From Flavobacteriales bacterium (GTDB lineage: Bacteria > Bacteroidota > Bacteroidia > Flavobacteriales > CAJXXR01), in assembly GCA_049609625.1 (NCBI GenBank), contig JBMYYR010000002.1:1152-65151 (forward strand): a stretch of DNA of 64,000 nt. Direction: 5' to 3'. The position numbers and the translations under genes are program-made. Below are positions 57,117 through 64,000 of the stretch, one piece after another. Position 1 is the first letter of the stretch. Each line of letters begins with the position of its first letter. The notes below the pieces were generated by a model. The model made no database searches. It was not told the DNA's origin and worked only from the letters and a program-made list of their open reading frames with translations.

Positions 57117-57695
57117 ATGGACGAACAACTTATTATAAAGAAAAAAACCAGAAAACCATTACTTTTCATTGCCATGTTGAGTATGTTTATGATGTTTGCC
57201 GGACTCACAAGTGCCTACATTGTTAGCAAACACAGTACGGCGTCTACCTGGAGAGAAATCGACTTGCCGCCAGCATTCCTATGGTCGACCGTAGCTATTG
57301 TTTTGAGCTCGATTTTACTTTTTATAGCTTCCAAACAACTCAAACAAGCTAATTTTACTCAACTCCCGAAACTGACAGGACTGGCTTTGGCTTTGGGTGT
57401 AGCTTTTACTATTTTTCAATTTGTTGGTTTCGATCAGCTTTTTGAACTCAAGCACTACGCTGCAGGCGAAAAATCAACCGCCGCCTCTTCCTATATTTAT
57501 GCTTTGGTTATTTTGCATCTCGCACACATGTTTACAGCACTCATTTCACTTTTGGTTGTAACCATCAGAGCGTTTCAAAACAAATACACCAAAGAACATT
57601 ATTTAGGCTTTGAGTTAGCGGCTATGTTTTGGCACTTTTTAGGTCTAATATGGCTTTACCTCTATATTTTCCTGAACACTGTCAATGCTGTTTAA
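57117..57695 (+). CDS. Heme-copper oxidase subunit III family protein (short form)
   Basis: 192 aa with five TM helices, a conserved HL.H....L segment and a FWHF....W C-terminal motif. Confidence 0.8.
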   Translation: MDEQLIIKKKTRKPLLFIAMLSMFMMFAGLTSAYIVSKHSTASTWREIDLPPAFLWSTVAIVLSSILLFIASKQLKQANFTQLPKLTGLALALGVAFTIFQFVGFDQLFELKHYAAGEKSTAASSYIYALVILHLAHMFTALISLLVVTIRAFQNKYTKEHYLGFELAAMFWHFLGLIWLYLYIFLNTVNAV

Positions 57696-57742
57696 AATAA
57701 TTCTAAATAACAAAACATCGAGCCACAAACAACATCAATAAA

Positions 57743-57772
57743 TTGATAGTTTGAAAGGAATATTTATCTTTG
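57743..57772 (+). promoter_or_regulatory. Candidate internal promoter (-33 TTG, 19-nt spacer, -7 TATCTTTG) before the second subunit-III gene
   Basis: TTG at 57743..57745 and TATCTTTG at 57765..57772, inside the 142-nt spacer between the two subunit-III family genes. Confidence 0.35.
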
Positions 57773-57837
57773 GCTTTTAAAACAAGGGTTTGCGAAAGCA
57801 AAATCTTGCAATAAACTAAAAATCAATACATTAACTT

Positions 57838-58704
57838 ATGTCAACTCAAGCCTCAGTGCAAACAAATTTTTGGAGTGGCGGCAGCCGACCAATGGAAGCT
57901 AGCTATGGGAAATTAATGATGTGGTTCTTTATCCTGACGGATGCCTTAACCTTTTCAGGTTTTTTAGGTGCCTACGGATTTGCACGATTCAAATATCAAG
58001 ACATCTGGCCTGTTGCCGAAGATGTATTTACGCATTTTCCTGGTATGGACGGAAACCATCCCTTATTATTTGTTGCTTTAATGACATTTATCCTAATTAT
58101 GTCTTCCGTAACAATGGTTTTGGCAGTGCATCACGGGAAAAACATGGACAAAAAGAAAGTTGTCCTTTGGATGGCATTAACTATTGTTGGAGGTCTGATT
58201 TTCCTCGGATCACAAGCTTGGGAATGGTCGCATTTTATTCACGGAACAGAAGGCGGAGCTTTGCTTTTAGCCGATGGTTCTATTGCGCATTTGATTCAAG
58301 CCGGAACAGAAATCAAACGTGAACTACTCTTTTTTACGGAGAGCGGTGTGATGAATGGAAATGTGTTGGCAACGGACATTCTAAAAATCGGAGAAGATGT
58401 CATTGTTTCTGACCCGACGAAAATTGCCCAACTCAAAGCCACTGCCGAACAAGTCTTTGGAGCTAACCTTCATGTGAACGAATACGGACATCCGCTATTT
58501 GCAGACTTTTTCTTCTTTATTACAGGTTTCCACGGTTTCCACGTCTTTACAGGTGTATTGATTAACATCATTATTTTTGTAAATGTATTGAGAGACACCT
58601 ACCAAAAAAGAGGTCATTACGAAATGGTTGAAAAAGTTGGACTCTATTGGCACTTTGTCGATTTAGTTTGGGTATTCGTTTTTACCTTTTTCTACCTTAT
58701 CTAA
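57838..58704 (+). CDS. Cytochrome c oxidase subunit III family protein (long form)
   Basis: GKLMMWFFILTDALTFSGF, WEWSHF, FFFITGFHGFHV..G and YWHFVDLVW are classic subunit III motifs, with a hydrophilic loop of about 80 aa inserted. Confidence 0.85.
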   Translation: MSTQASVQTNFWSGGSRPMEASYGKLMMWFFILTDALTFSGFLGAYGFARFKYQDIWPVAEDVFTHFPGMDGNHPLLFVALMTFILIMSSVTMVLAVHHGKNMDKKKVVLWMALTIVGGLIFLGSQAWEWSHFIHGTEGGALLLADGSIAHLIQAGTEIKRELLFFTESGVMNGNVLATDILKIGEDVIVSDPTKIAQLKATAEQVFGANLHVNEYGHPLFADFFFFITGFHGFHVFTGVLINIIIFVNVLRDTYQKRGHYEMVEKVGLYWHFVDLVWVFVFTFFYLI

Positions 58705-58740
58705 TTTATTGCAAAACAAAACACTACAAAACTATATCTT

Positions 58741-59055
58741 ATGGAAGCACATGCTGGTTCTACAAAAAAAATCTGGGTTGTATTCTTTATCCTTTTAGTC
58801 GTAACGGCTGTTGAGGTTGGTTTGGGTATTTACAACTCTGAAAACCCAGGTATTATAAATTGGACTCTTCTAAAATGGACGTTCATCATTATGACCTTGT
58901 TTAAGGCCTATTACATCGTAAAAGAGTTCATGCACCTTGGCCACGAGCGCAAAAGTTTGATCTGGTCTTTGATTTTGCCTATCGTTATCTTGGTCCCTTA
59001 TTTACTTTATATCCTGTTAGCGGAAGCCGAATACGTGTTTTCGACCCTACAATAA
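58741..59055 (+). CDS. Cytochrome c oxidase subunit IV-family small membrane protein
   Basis: 104 aa with three TM helices, and it sits directly after the subunit III genes. Confidence 0.7.
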   Translation: MEAHAGSTKKIWVVFFILLVVTAVEVGLGIYNSENPGIINWTLLKWTFIIMTLFKAYYIVKEFMHLGHERKSLIWSLILPIVILVPYLLYILLAEAEYVFSTLQ

Positions 59056-59119
59056 AAACGCTTTTTTTATGAGAATTTCATCATAAAATGAGCCTAAACT
59101 AAGTCATAAGAACTCCACT

Positions 59120-59854
59120 ATGGCAAACCAATCTAGCAAAAATAAATCGAGGATAGTATTACTTATTATAGTCATATTGCCCTCGATGTTTTATGTTATG
59201 ATGACAGCCGGAAAGCACAATATGCTTTACCTACCGCAAGTTGTCTCAACAAATAATGGTTTTCAGCTCGACAGAACCAATAAACTGTTTCATGACAGTT
59301 TAAACCACCAACTGGCTTTGCCAGACGTGCTTTATACCAATTTGGAAACAAACAAAACGCAAGCCCTAAGCCAGTTAGACTCTAAAATCTATGCACTTCA
59401 ATTTGTAGAGATGGACAGCCTTTCCGGACTAGATTTGGCTCTGTTCTACAAAACCGAAACCCAATTAGCCGAACGCCTCCTTCCTTTTGAAGATATTGAG
59501 CTGCTTACCATTTGGCGAAGTCCTCAGGCAAAAGCCATGTATCATCAAGCAAAAGCCGAACTCAGTCACCAATCTTTTACATCCTGGACGCATATTTCGA
59601 TAGATACTTCAAGTTTTGATCTGATTAAAAATCAGGCATTTATTTCCCCAATTGTCCAAAGAAATCTAAACCACCAACGTTTGGTAACTATTGTCGACAA
59701 ACAATTTGGCTTTAGAGCAGGGATTGATAAACACAACAAAGAAAAAGATTTGTTTTGTTATGATATTGGTCGAGAATATGAAATTAAATTACTTTTAGAA
59801 GACCTAAAAGTACTTTTGGCAGAAGAGCATAAAGCCTTAAAATCTAAGGAATAA
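59120..59854 (+). CDS. Membrane-anchored SCO-like (thioredoxin-fold) paralogue lacking the CxxxC copper site
   Basis: N-terminal TM anchor. It is colinear by eye with the downstream SCO protein (LPDVLYTNL / VPAFALLNQ, and HQRLVTIVDKQFGFRAGID / HTEYFVLVDKNGFLRTGFD), but DSLSG replaces CPSIC. Confidence 0.5.
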   Translation: MANQSSKNKSRIVLLIIVILPSMFYVMMTAGKHNMLYLPQVVSTNNGFQLDRTNKLFHDSLNHQLALPDVLYTNLETNKTQALSQLDSKIYALQFVEMDSLSGLDLALFYKTETQLAERLLPFEDIELLTIWRSPQAKAMYHQAKAELSHQSFTSWTHISIDTSSFDLIKNQAFISPIVQRNLNHQRLVTIVDKQFGFRAGIDKHNKEKDLFCYDIGREYEIKLLLEDLKVLLAEEHKALKSKE

Positions 59855-60552
59855 TGAAAAAAGGTGGTCTTGTAATTTTAGTTTTGATGCTGGTGTCAAT
59901 CTTGATGTCTTGCGAAAACAAATCTAAAACCTTAGCGTTTATTGATGGCGAATTAGAGCTTGTAGAACAGCCAGACGGAACAAAAAAACTTGAAACGATA
60001 CACCGAAAAGTCCCCGCATTTGCTTTACTAAATCAAGACAGTGTTTTGGTAAGCAATGTCAAATTTGACAATCAGGTTTATGTAGCAAACTTTATTTTCA
60101 CGACCTGCCCGAGCATCTGTAAGGATATGACAACCAATATGATAGAGCTTCAGCGGATGTTGCAAGGTCTTGAGGGCATACGCTTTATATCACATTCTGT
60201 AAACCCGACCCACGATACACCAAAAATCCTTAAAGCCTACGCCGAAAGCTATGGTGCGAACCTCCAACAGTGGGATTTTGTAACGGGCGACAAAGAGGAA
60301 ATCTACAAACTTGGTTTAGAAGGTTATTTGGCTGCCGTTGGCGAATCGGAAGAGCTTGGTCATGGCGGATTTTTGCATACCGAATACTTTGTTTTGGTTG
60401 ACAAAAATGGCTTTCTCAGAACAGGTTTCGACAAAAATGGAAACCAACGTGGAGCCTACGACGGGACCAATTTAGAGGATATTCGCGCGCTTTACAGCGA
60501 TATTAAACTGCTTTTAAAAGAAAAATCTGATGCTGACTTACCAAAAAACTAA
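59854..60552 (+). CDS. SCO1/SenC family copper chaperone lipoprotein
   Basis: Lipobox ILMSC, the FTTCPSIC (CxxxC) motif, a conserved His (LHTEY), and a TAATG overlap with the upstream gene. Confidence 0.85.
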   Translation: MKKGGLVILVLMLVSILMSCENKSKTLAFIDGELELVEQPDGTKKLETIHRKVPAFALLNQDSVLVSNVKFDNQVYVANFIFTTCPSICKDMTTNMIELQRMLQGLEGIRFISHSVNPTHDTPKILKAYAESYGANLQQWDFVTGDKEEIYKLGLEGYLAAVGESEELGHGGFLHTEYFVLVDKNGFLRTGFDKNGNQRGAYDGTNLEDIRALYSDIKLLLKEKSDADLPKN

Positions 60553-61048
60553 ACGCCTAATTTGGATTGTTTCGGCAGTTGTTGCGCTGTTAGTTAGCGT
60601 GTTGCACAAACTCCCGGCAGTCGATCATCAATTAGCTTTTGTGAAACAACTACCACTATTGCATGCCTGCATCAACGGAACTTGCTTTGTGTTACTGCTT
60701 TTGGCCCTCCGAGCCATCAAAACCAAAAACATAGCGCTTCATCGAAAATTGATGACCATAACCATGAGTTTGTCCCTGCTTTTTCTGCTGTCCTACGTTA
60801 TCCATCATTCCTTAGAAGGCAACACAAAATATCTGGGAGATTACAAAGGGATGTATTATTTCACACTCATTACACACATCATATTGGCTGGAGTCTCATT
60901 GCCTTTTATTTTGCTTGCCTACGCAAAAGCTTACTTCAATCGCCTTGAAGAACACAAAAAAATGGTTAGATTTGTATTCCCGATTTGGTTATACGTAACG
61001 CTAACGGGTGTAGTGGTCTATTTATTTTTAGCTCCTTATTATAATTAA
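60530..61048 (+). CDS. DUF420 family integral membrane protein (cox-cluster associated)
   Basis: Four to five TM helices with the conserved H.K.M and H...A patterns, and the typical position after SCO in Bacteroidota cox accessory clusters. Confidence 0.7.
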   Translation: MLTYQKTKRLIWIVSAVVALLVSVLHKLPAVDHQLAFVKQLPLLHACINGTCFVLLLLALRAIKTKNIALHRKLMTITMSLSLLFLLSYVIHHSLEGNTKYLGDYKGMYYFTLITHIILAGVSLPFILLAYAKAYFNRLEEHKKMVRFVFPIWLYVTLTGVVVYLFLAPYYN

Positions 61049-61294
61049 TTGAAAAACAAGACTTTATATATAATTTTCGTTCTCTTGCTCTTCGCTTCGG
61101 AACACCTAATGGCTCAGGGTTGCTCGATGTGTAAAGCTGTCGCCGAAAGCAATGTGCAAGGTGGCGGAGAAGAAGCCTCGGGGCTAAACAGCGGTATACT
61201 CTACATTATGCTGTTTCCCTATATTTTGTTTACCCTTTTTATGTTCTACTGGCGCAAACACCGCAAAGAAACCAAAGATTTATACCCAGATTAG
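61049..61294 (+). CDS. Small bitopic membrane protein with a GCSMCK (CxxC) motif after a signal peptide
   Basis: The TTG start directly abuts the DUF420 stop. It has a signal-like N-terminus, a CxxC motif, a Gly-rich linker, one TM helix and a basic tail. Confidence 0.5.
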   Translation: MKNKTLYIIFVLLLFASEHLMAQGCSMCKAVAESNVQGGGEEASGLNSGILYIMLFPYILFTLFMFYWRKHRKETKDLYPD

Positions 61295-61297
61295 TTT

Positions 61298-61615
61298 ATG
61301 CTAACTTCTCCCGTTCTTTTTCTTAACTTTTTTGGAACCTCCGAATTTCTCATTATCGGCGTAGCTGTTATTTTCTTATTTGGCCCAAAAAAACTACCCG
61401 AACTCGCCCGAAATTTCGGACAATTTATGAGAAAAGTAAAAGACGCCCAATCAAATATTGTTGGCGAAATCAAACAAGGTGCATCAGGATTTGAGGACGA
61501 AGCTCTAACGATACACAAGCAAGTTACGAAAACTAAAAAGGAGATTGAGTCCATCAAAAACCAAGTCAACGAAGACATCAACAAAGCGACCCAAAGCATT
61601 CCTAGAAAATCATGA
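61298..61615 (+). CDS. tatA: Twin-arginine translocase subunit TatA/TatE
   Basis: G.SE.LIIGVAVIFLFGPKKLPELARNFGQFMRK is the canonical TatA TM plus amphipathic helix. Confidence 0.85.
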   Translation: MLTSPVLFLNFFGTSEFLIIGVAVIFLFGPKKLPELARNFGQFMRKVKDAQSNIVGEIKQGASGFEDEALTIHKQVTKTKKEIESIKNQVNEDINKATQSIPRKS

Positions 61616-62571
61616 TGCCCATTCTTTATATCATATTAGCCTTAGCTATTTTAGTCTTTTCAGGCGATTTTTTAGTTAAAGGCGCCGTCTCGGTAGCCCT
61701 AAAATTCAAGATTTCGATGATGATTGTGGGCCTAACGGTCGTGTCGTTTGCCACCTCAGCTCCCGAACTTTTTGTGTCTTTGATGTCTGCCCTCAAAGGA
61801 AATTCAAACATCGCCTTAGGCAACGTCATCGGCTCAAACATTGCCAATATTACTTTAGTGCTAGGGCCAACAGCACTTATTTATCCCATTGTGGTTCAAA
61901 AAAGAGTCTACACCATAGATTGGATTGTTATGGCGAGCTTTAGTCTGCTTTTTGGCTATTTTCTTTACACCGATTCTAGCCTTGTGTTTTGGGAAGGTCT
62001 TGTTTTGTTTCTCGGTCTGTTGCTCTACATCAGCACCATGATTCGCTCGGAGCGCAAAAGAAAACAAACCCAGCTTAACGAAAATCCTGAAACAGAAACC
62101 GAACTAAGTAGCGATGAGCTTTCGTGGACCAAAAGTATAGTATTCTTGCTTTTGGGTATTGTTGGACTAAAATATGGCTCCGAGTTATTGATCAATCAAG
62201 TCATTTTGATGGCCGAAGCTATGCACATTTCCGATCGAGTGATTTCATTAACCTTTGTGGCCTTCGGTACATCTATTCCAGAACTGACAGCCTCATTGGT
62301 TGCCGCCTACAAAGGACAAGAAGACATTTCTGTTGGAAATTTAATAGGCTCTAATGTTTTCAATATTGCTTCTGTAATTGGTATTACGGCAATGATACAA
62401 CCGATTGATATTCAGGATACTAATATTTTTTCGGATTGGCTTTGGATGTGTTCCGCAGCAGCTCTTCTTGTTATTCTGATTCTCCTCCACCGACTAAAAA
62501 AACTTAATCGACTTTCTGGTCTAATCCTGTTGCTTTTTTACCTGGTTTATACCTTGCAGCTGTTTTATTGA
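61612..62571 (+). CDS. Calcium/cation antiporter (CaCA family, YrbG-like)
   Basis: Two alpha-repeats (GNVIGSNIANI and GNLIGSNVFNI), about 10 TM helices, and an ATGA overlap with tatA. Confidence 0.9.
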   Translation: MMPILYIILALAILVFSGDFLVKGAVSVALKFKISMMIVGLTVVSFATSAPELFVSLMSALKGNSNIALGNVIGSNIANITLVLGPTALIYPIVVQKRVYTIDWIVMASFSLLFGYFLYTDSSLVFWEGLVLFLGLLLYISTMIRSERKRKQTQLNENPETETELSSDELSWTKSIVFLLLGIVGLKYGSELLINQVILMAEAMHISDRVISLTFVAFGTSIPELTASLVAAYKGQEDISVGNLIGSNVFNIASVIGITAMIQPIDIQDTNIFSDWLWMCSAAALLVILILLHRLKKLNRLSGLILLLFYLVYTLQLFY

Positions 62572-62868
62572 TGATGACGATTTAATCCTTCATGACCGAC
62601 AAAGACTACCTGAAAGTCTTGAGAATAGCCACGACAGACCGGCCATTGAGAATTTTAACTAACGTGAGTTCGATATCAGGTTCTTTGTTTTTTTGAGCTC
62701 ATCAGTTCGTTTCACTCGGGTGTCTTGAAGTAAAGAAAAGAGCAAACATTGACTATGTTTGTGATTCGCAAAGAAAATTCAAGACTGATTTTTAAAAGGC
62801 TTAATGTTAATAAATTTTGAGTATTTACCCACAGCATTCAACATAGAGCCAAAAATAATAATAAGATT

Positions 62869-64000
62869 ATGAGTGATTTAACTGAAAAAACAATAGGTGA
62901 ACTATTAGATTATAAATTCTTTATTCCGTCATATCAACGAGGGTATCGTTGGTCGGAAAAACAGGTAGAAGATTTATTGGAGGATGTCTGGGATTTTATT
63001 ACAAAATCAGGAAAGAAAGAGAATGAATGGTATTGTCTGCAACCCATTGTTGTAAAAAAAACAGATTCACATTATGAAGTTTTGGATGGTCAACAACGAT
63101 TAACGACAATATTCTTGATTCTAAAACATCTGGCACGATTTATTGAAAGTGAAAGGAAGTGTTTTGAAATTGAATTTGAAACAAGAAATACAGAGCTAAT
63201 AAATAGTAAAGAGTTTCTTCAAGAAATTGATGATAAAACTGAGAGAGAGTCAAAGGCAAATATTGATTACTTCCATATTTTTCAAGCCTACCAAAAAATA
63301 AAAGATTGGTTTCAAGAAAAAGCTGATTGTGAAGAAAGGTTTATTACTCCATTTTTAGAAAGCACAAAAGTAATTTGGTATGAAGTTGCATCAGATAAAG
63401 ATGCGATAGAAATTTTCACTCGTATCAATATGGGAAAAATACCCTTGACAAATGCTGAATTAATCAAAGCCCTTTTTTTAAACAGTTCCAATTTTCCAAA
63501 CTCCCAGTCAGAAGAAATAAGGCTTCGACAACTGGAAATTGCTACTGAATGGGATAGAATAGAATATGCATTGCAAAATGAAGAACTCTGGTATTTTATA
63601 AACAATTCGGAAAATGAATTGCCAACACGTATAGAATATATTTTCAATATTATTTACTGGATTGCCAAAGAAGGGTGTGCGGAAACAAAAAAAACATTTG
63701 ATAAAAAATTTGGTGTAGATGAATATTCTACATTTCGCTTCTTTTCGGAAAAATTCAATTCAAACACAACCGATGAAATAGATAAAAACTGGAAAGAAAT
63801 AAAAAACACATTTCAAATCATAGAAGAGTGGTTTGAAGACCGAGAATTGTATCATAAAGTTGGATTTTTAATTACTTCAGGTGAAAAAATAACGGATTTG
63901 CTAACAGAAGTAAAGAAGTGTACAAAAGCTGGTTTTAAAACTCACCTTAATTCTAAAATTACAGAAAAAGTACAATGCGAAAATTTAGAGGAGTTAGAAT
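62869..64000 (+). CDS. DUF262 (ParB-like nuclease superfamily, GmrSD-type) domain protein, 5' partial (continues beyond the window)
   Basis: Open frame from the ATG at 62869 to the window end with no stop, so it is absent from the ORF track. The translation begins MSDLTEKTIGELLDYKFFIPSYQRGYRWSEKQVEDLLEDVWDF, followed by VLDGQQRLTTIFLILK and IFTRINMGKIPLTNAELIKALF. These are hallmark DUF262 motifs (the DGQQR box). Confidence 0.8.
   Translation, partial: MSDLTEKTIGELLDYKFFIPSYQRGYRWSEKQVEDLLEDVWDFITKSGKKENEWYCLQPIVVKKTDSHYEVLDGQQRLTTIFLILKHLARFIESERKCFEIEFETRNTELINSKEFLQEIDDKTERESKANIDYFHIFQAYQKIKDWFQEKADCEERFITPFLESTKVIWYEVASDKDAIEIFTRINMGKIPLTNAELIKALFLNSSNFPNSQSEEIRLRQLEIATEWDRIEYALQNEELWYFINNSENELPTRIEYIFNIIYWIAKEGCAETKKTFDKKFGVDEYSTFRFFSEKFNSNTTDEIDKNWKEIKNTFQIIEEWFEDRELYHKVGFLITSGEKITDLLTEVKKCTKAGFKTHLNSKITEKVQCENLEELE

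Noticed and set aside
57789-57802. TTTGC-GAAA-GCAAA hairpin (GNRA tetraloop) between the two subunit III genes
   Set aside because: It has only a 5-bp stem and no U-tract. It is too small to call as a terminator or RNA element without expression data.
57921-58322. 133-aa + strand ORF in an alternative frame inside the long cytochrome oxidase subunit III gene
   Set aside because: It is fully embedded in a CDS with canonical subunit III motifs, and its translation is Arg/Cys-rich with no membrane or domain features.
62665-62700. GAGTTCGATATCAGGTTC followed by a T7 run, considered as a tRNA 3' fragment (island att site) or a terminator of the antiporter gene
   Set aside because: It does not fit the GGTTCGAATCC T-loop consensus, and no acceptor or T-stem pairing can be drawn. 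No stable GC hairpin precedes the T-run either.
1-64000. Scan for CRISPR arrays, tRNA/rRNA genes, transposases, integrases, reverse transcriptases and toxin-antitoxin pairs
   Set aside because: I could find no regularly spaced direct repeats, no cloverleaf-compatible intergenic sequence, and no ORF with DDE, tyrosine-recombinase or RT motifs by eye. Intergenic gaps are mostly under 200 bp. A computational scan (tRNAscan-SE, Infernal, CRISPR detection) would be needed to be definitive.

Overview
This 64 kb window looks like a compact, AT-rich chromosomal segment from a Bacteroidota organism, probably Flavobacteriia-like. Lineage markers are sprA directly downstream of ruvA, a GldA-like ABC ATPase, a protein with a type B T9SS C-terminal sorting domain, TAnnTTTG -7 boxes upstream of several genes, and a cox accessory cluster with two subunit-III family genes. 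Nearly all of the window is housekeeping: era (partial), der, rpmE-rpsF-rpsR-rplI, maeB, ruvA, sprA, gcvH, murA, menA, hbd, acyl-CoA carboxylase subunits, plsC, recF, rnz, trxB, gatC, DAHP synthase/chorismate mutase, recJ, cyoE plus cytochrome oxidase accessory genes, tatA and a CaCA antiporter. Coding density is high, with many 1-4 nt start/stop overlaps. I found no rRNA, tRNA, CRISPR array, transposase, integrase or reverse transcriptase. I did not find a complete, clearly novel multi-gene system. The most accessory-looking element is an open reading frame missing from the supplied ORF track because it runs off the 3' edge (62869..64000, + strand). It encodes a DUF262/GmrSD-like ParB-type nuclease-family N-terminus and follows a 297-bp spacer after the last core gene, which would fit the edge of a defence island. 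Secondary curiosities are: a conserved but uncharacterised triad of heme-motif lipoprotein, beta-barrel and YceI-like protein; an MBOAT/GDS-motif acyltransferase pair; a cysteine-less SCO paralogue next to a canonical SCO; a small CxxC membrane protein; an FG-GAP protein with a possible degenerate HMA-like tail; and a few short tandem repeats in intergenic DNA. All functional calls come from reading motifs in the translated ORFs by eye, and no database search was run.
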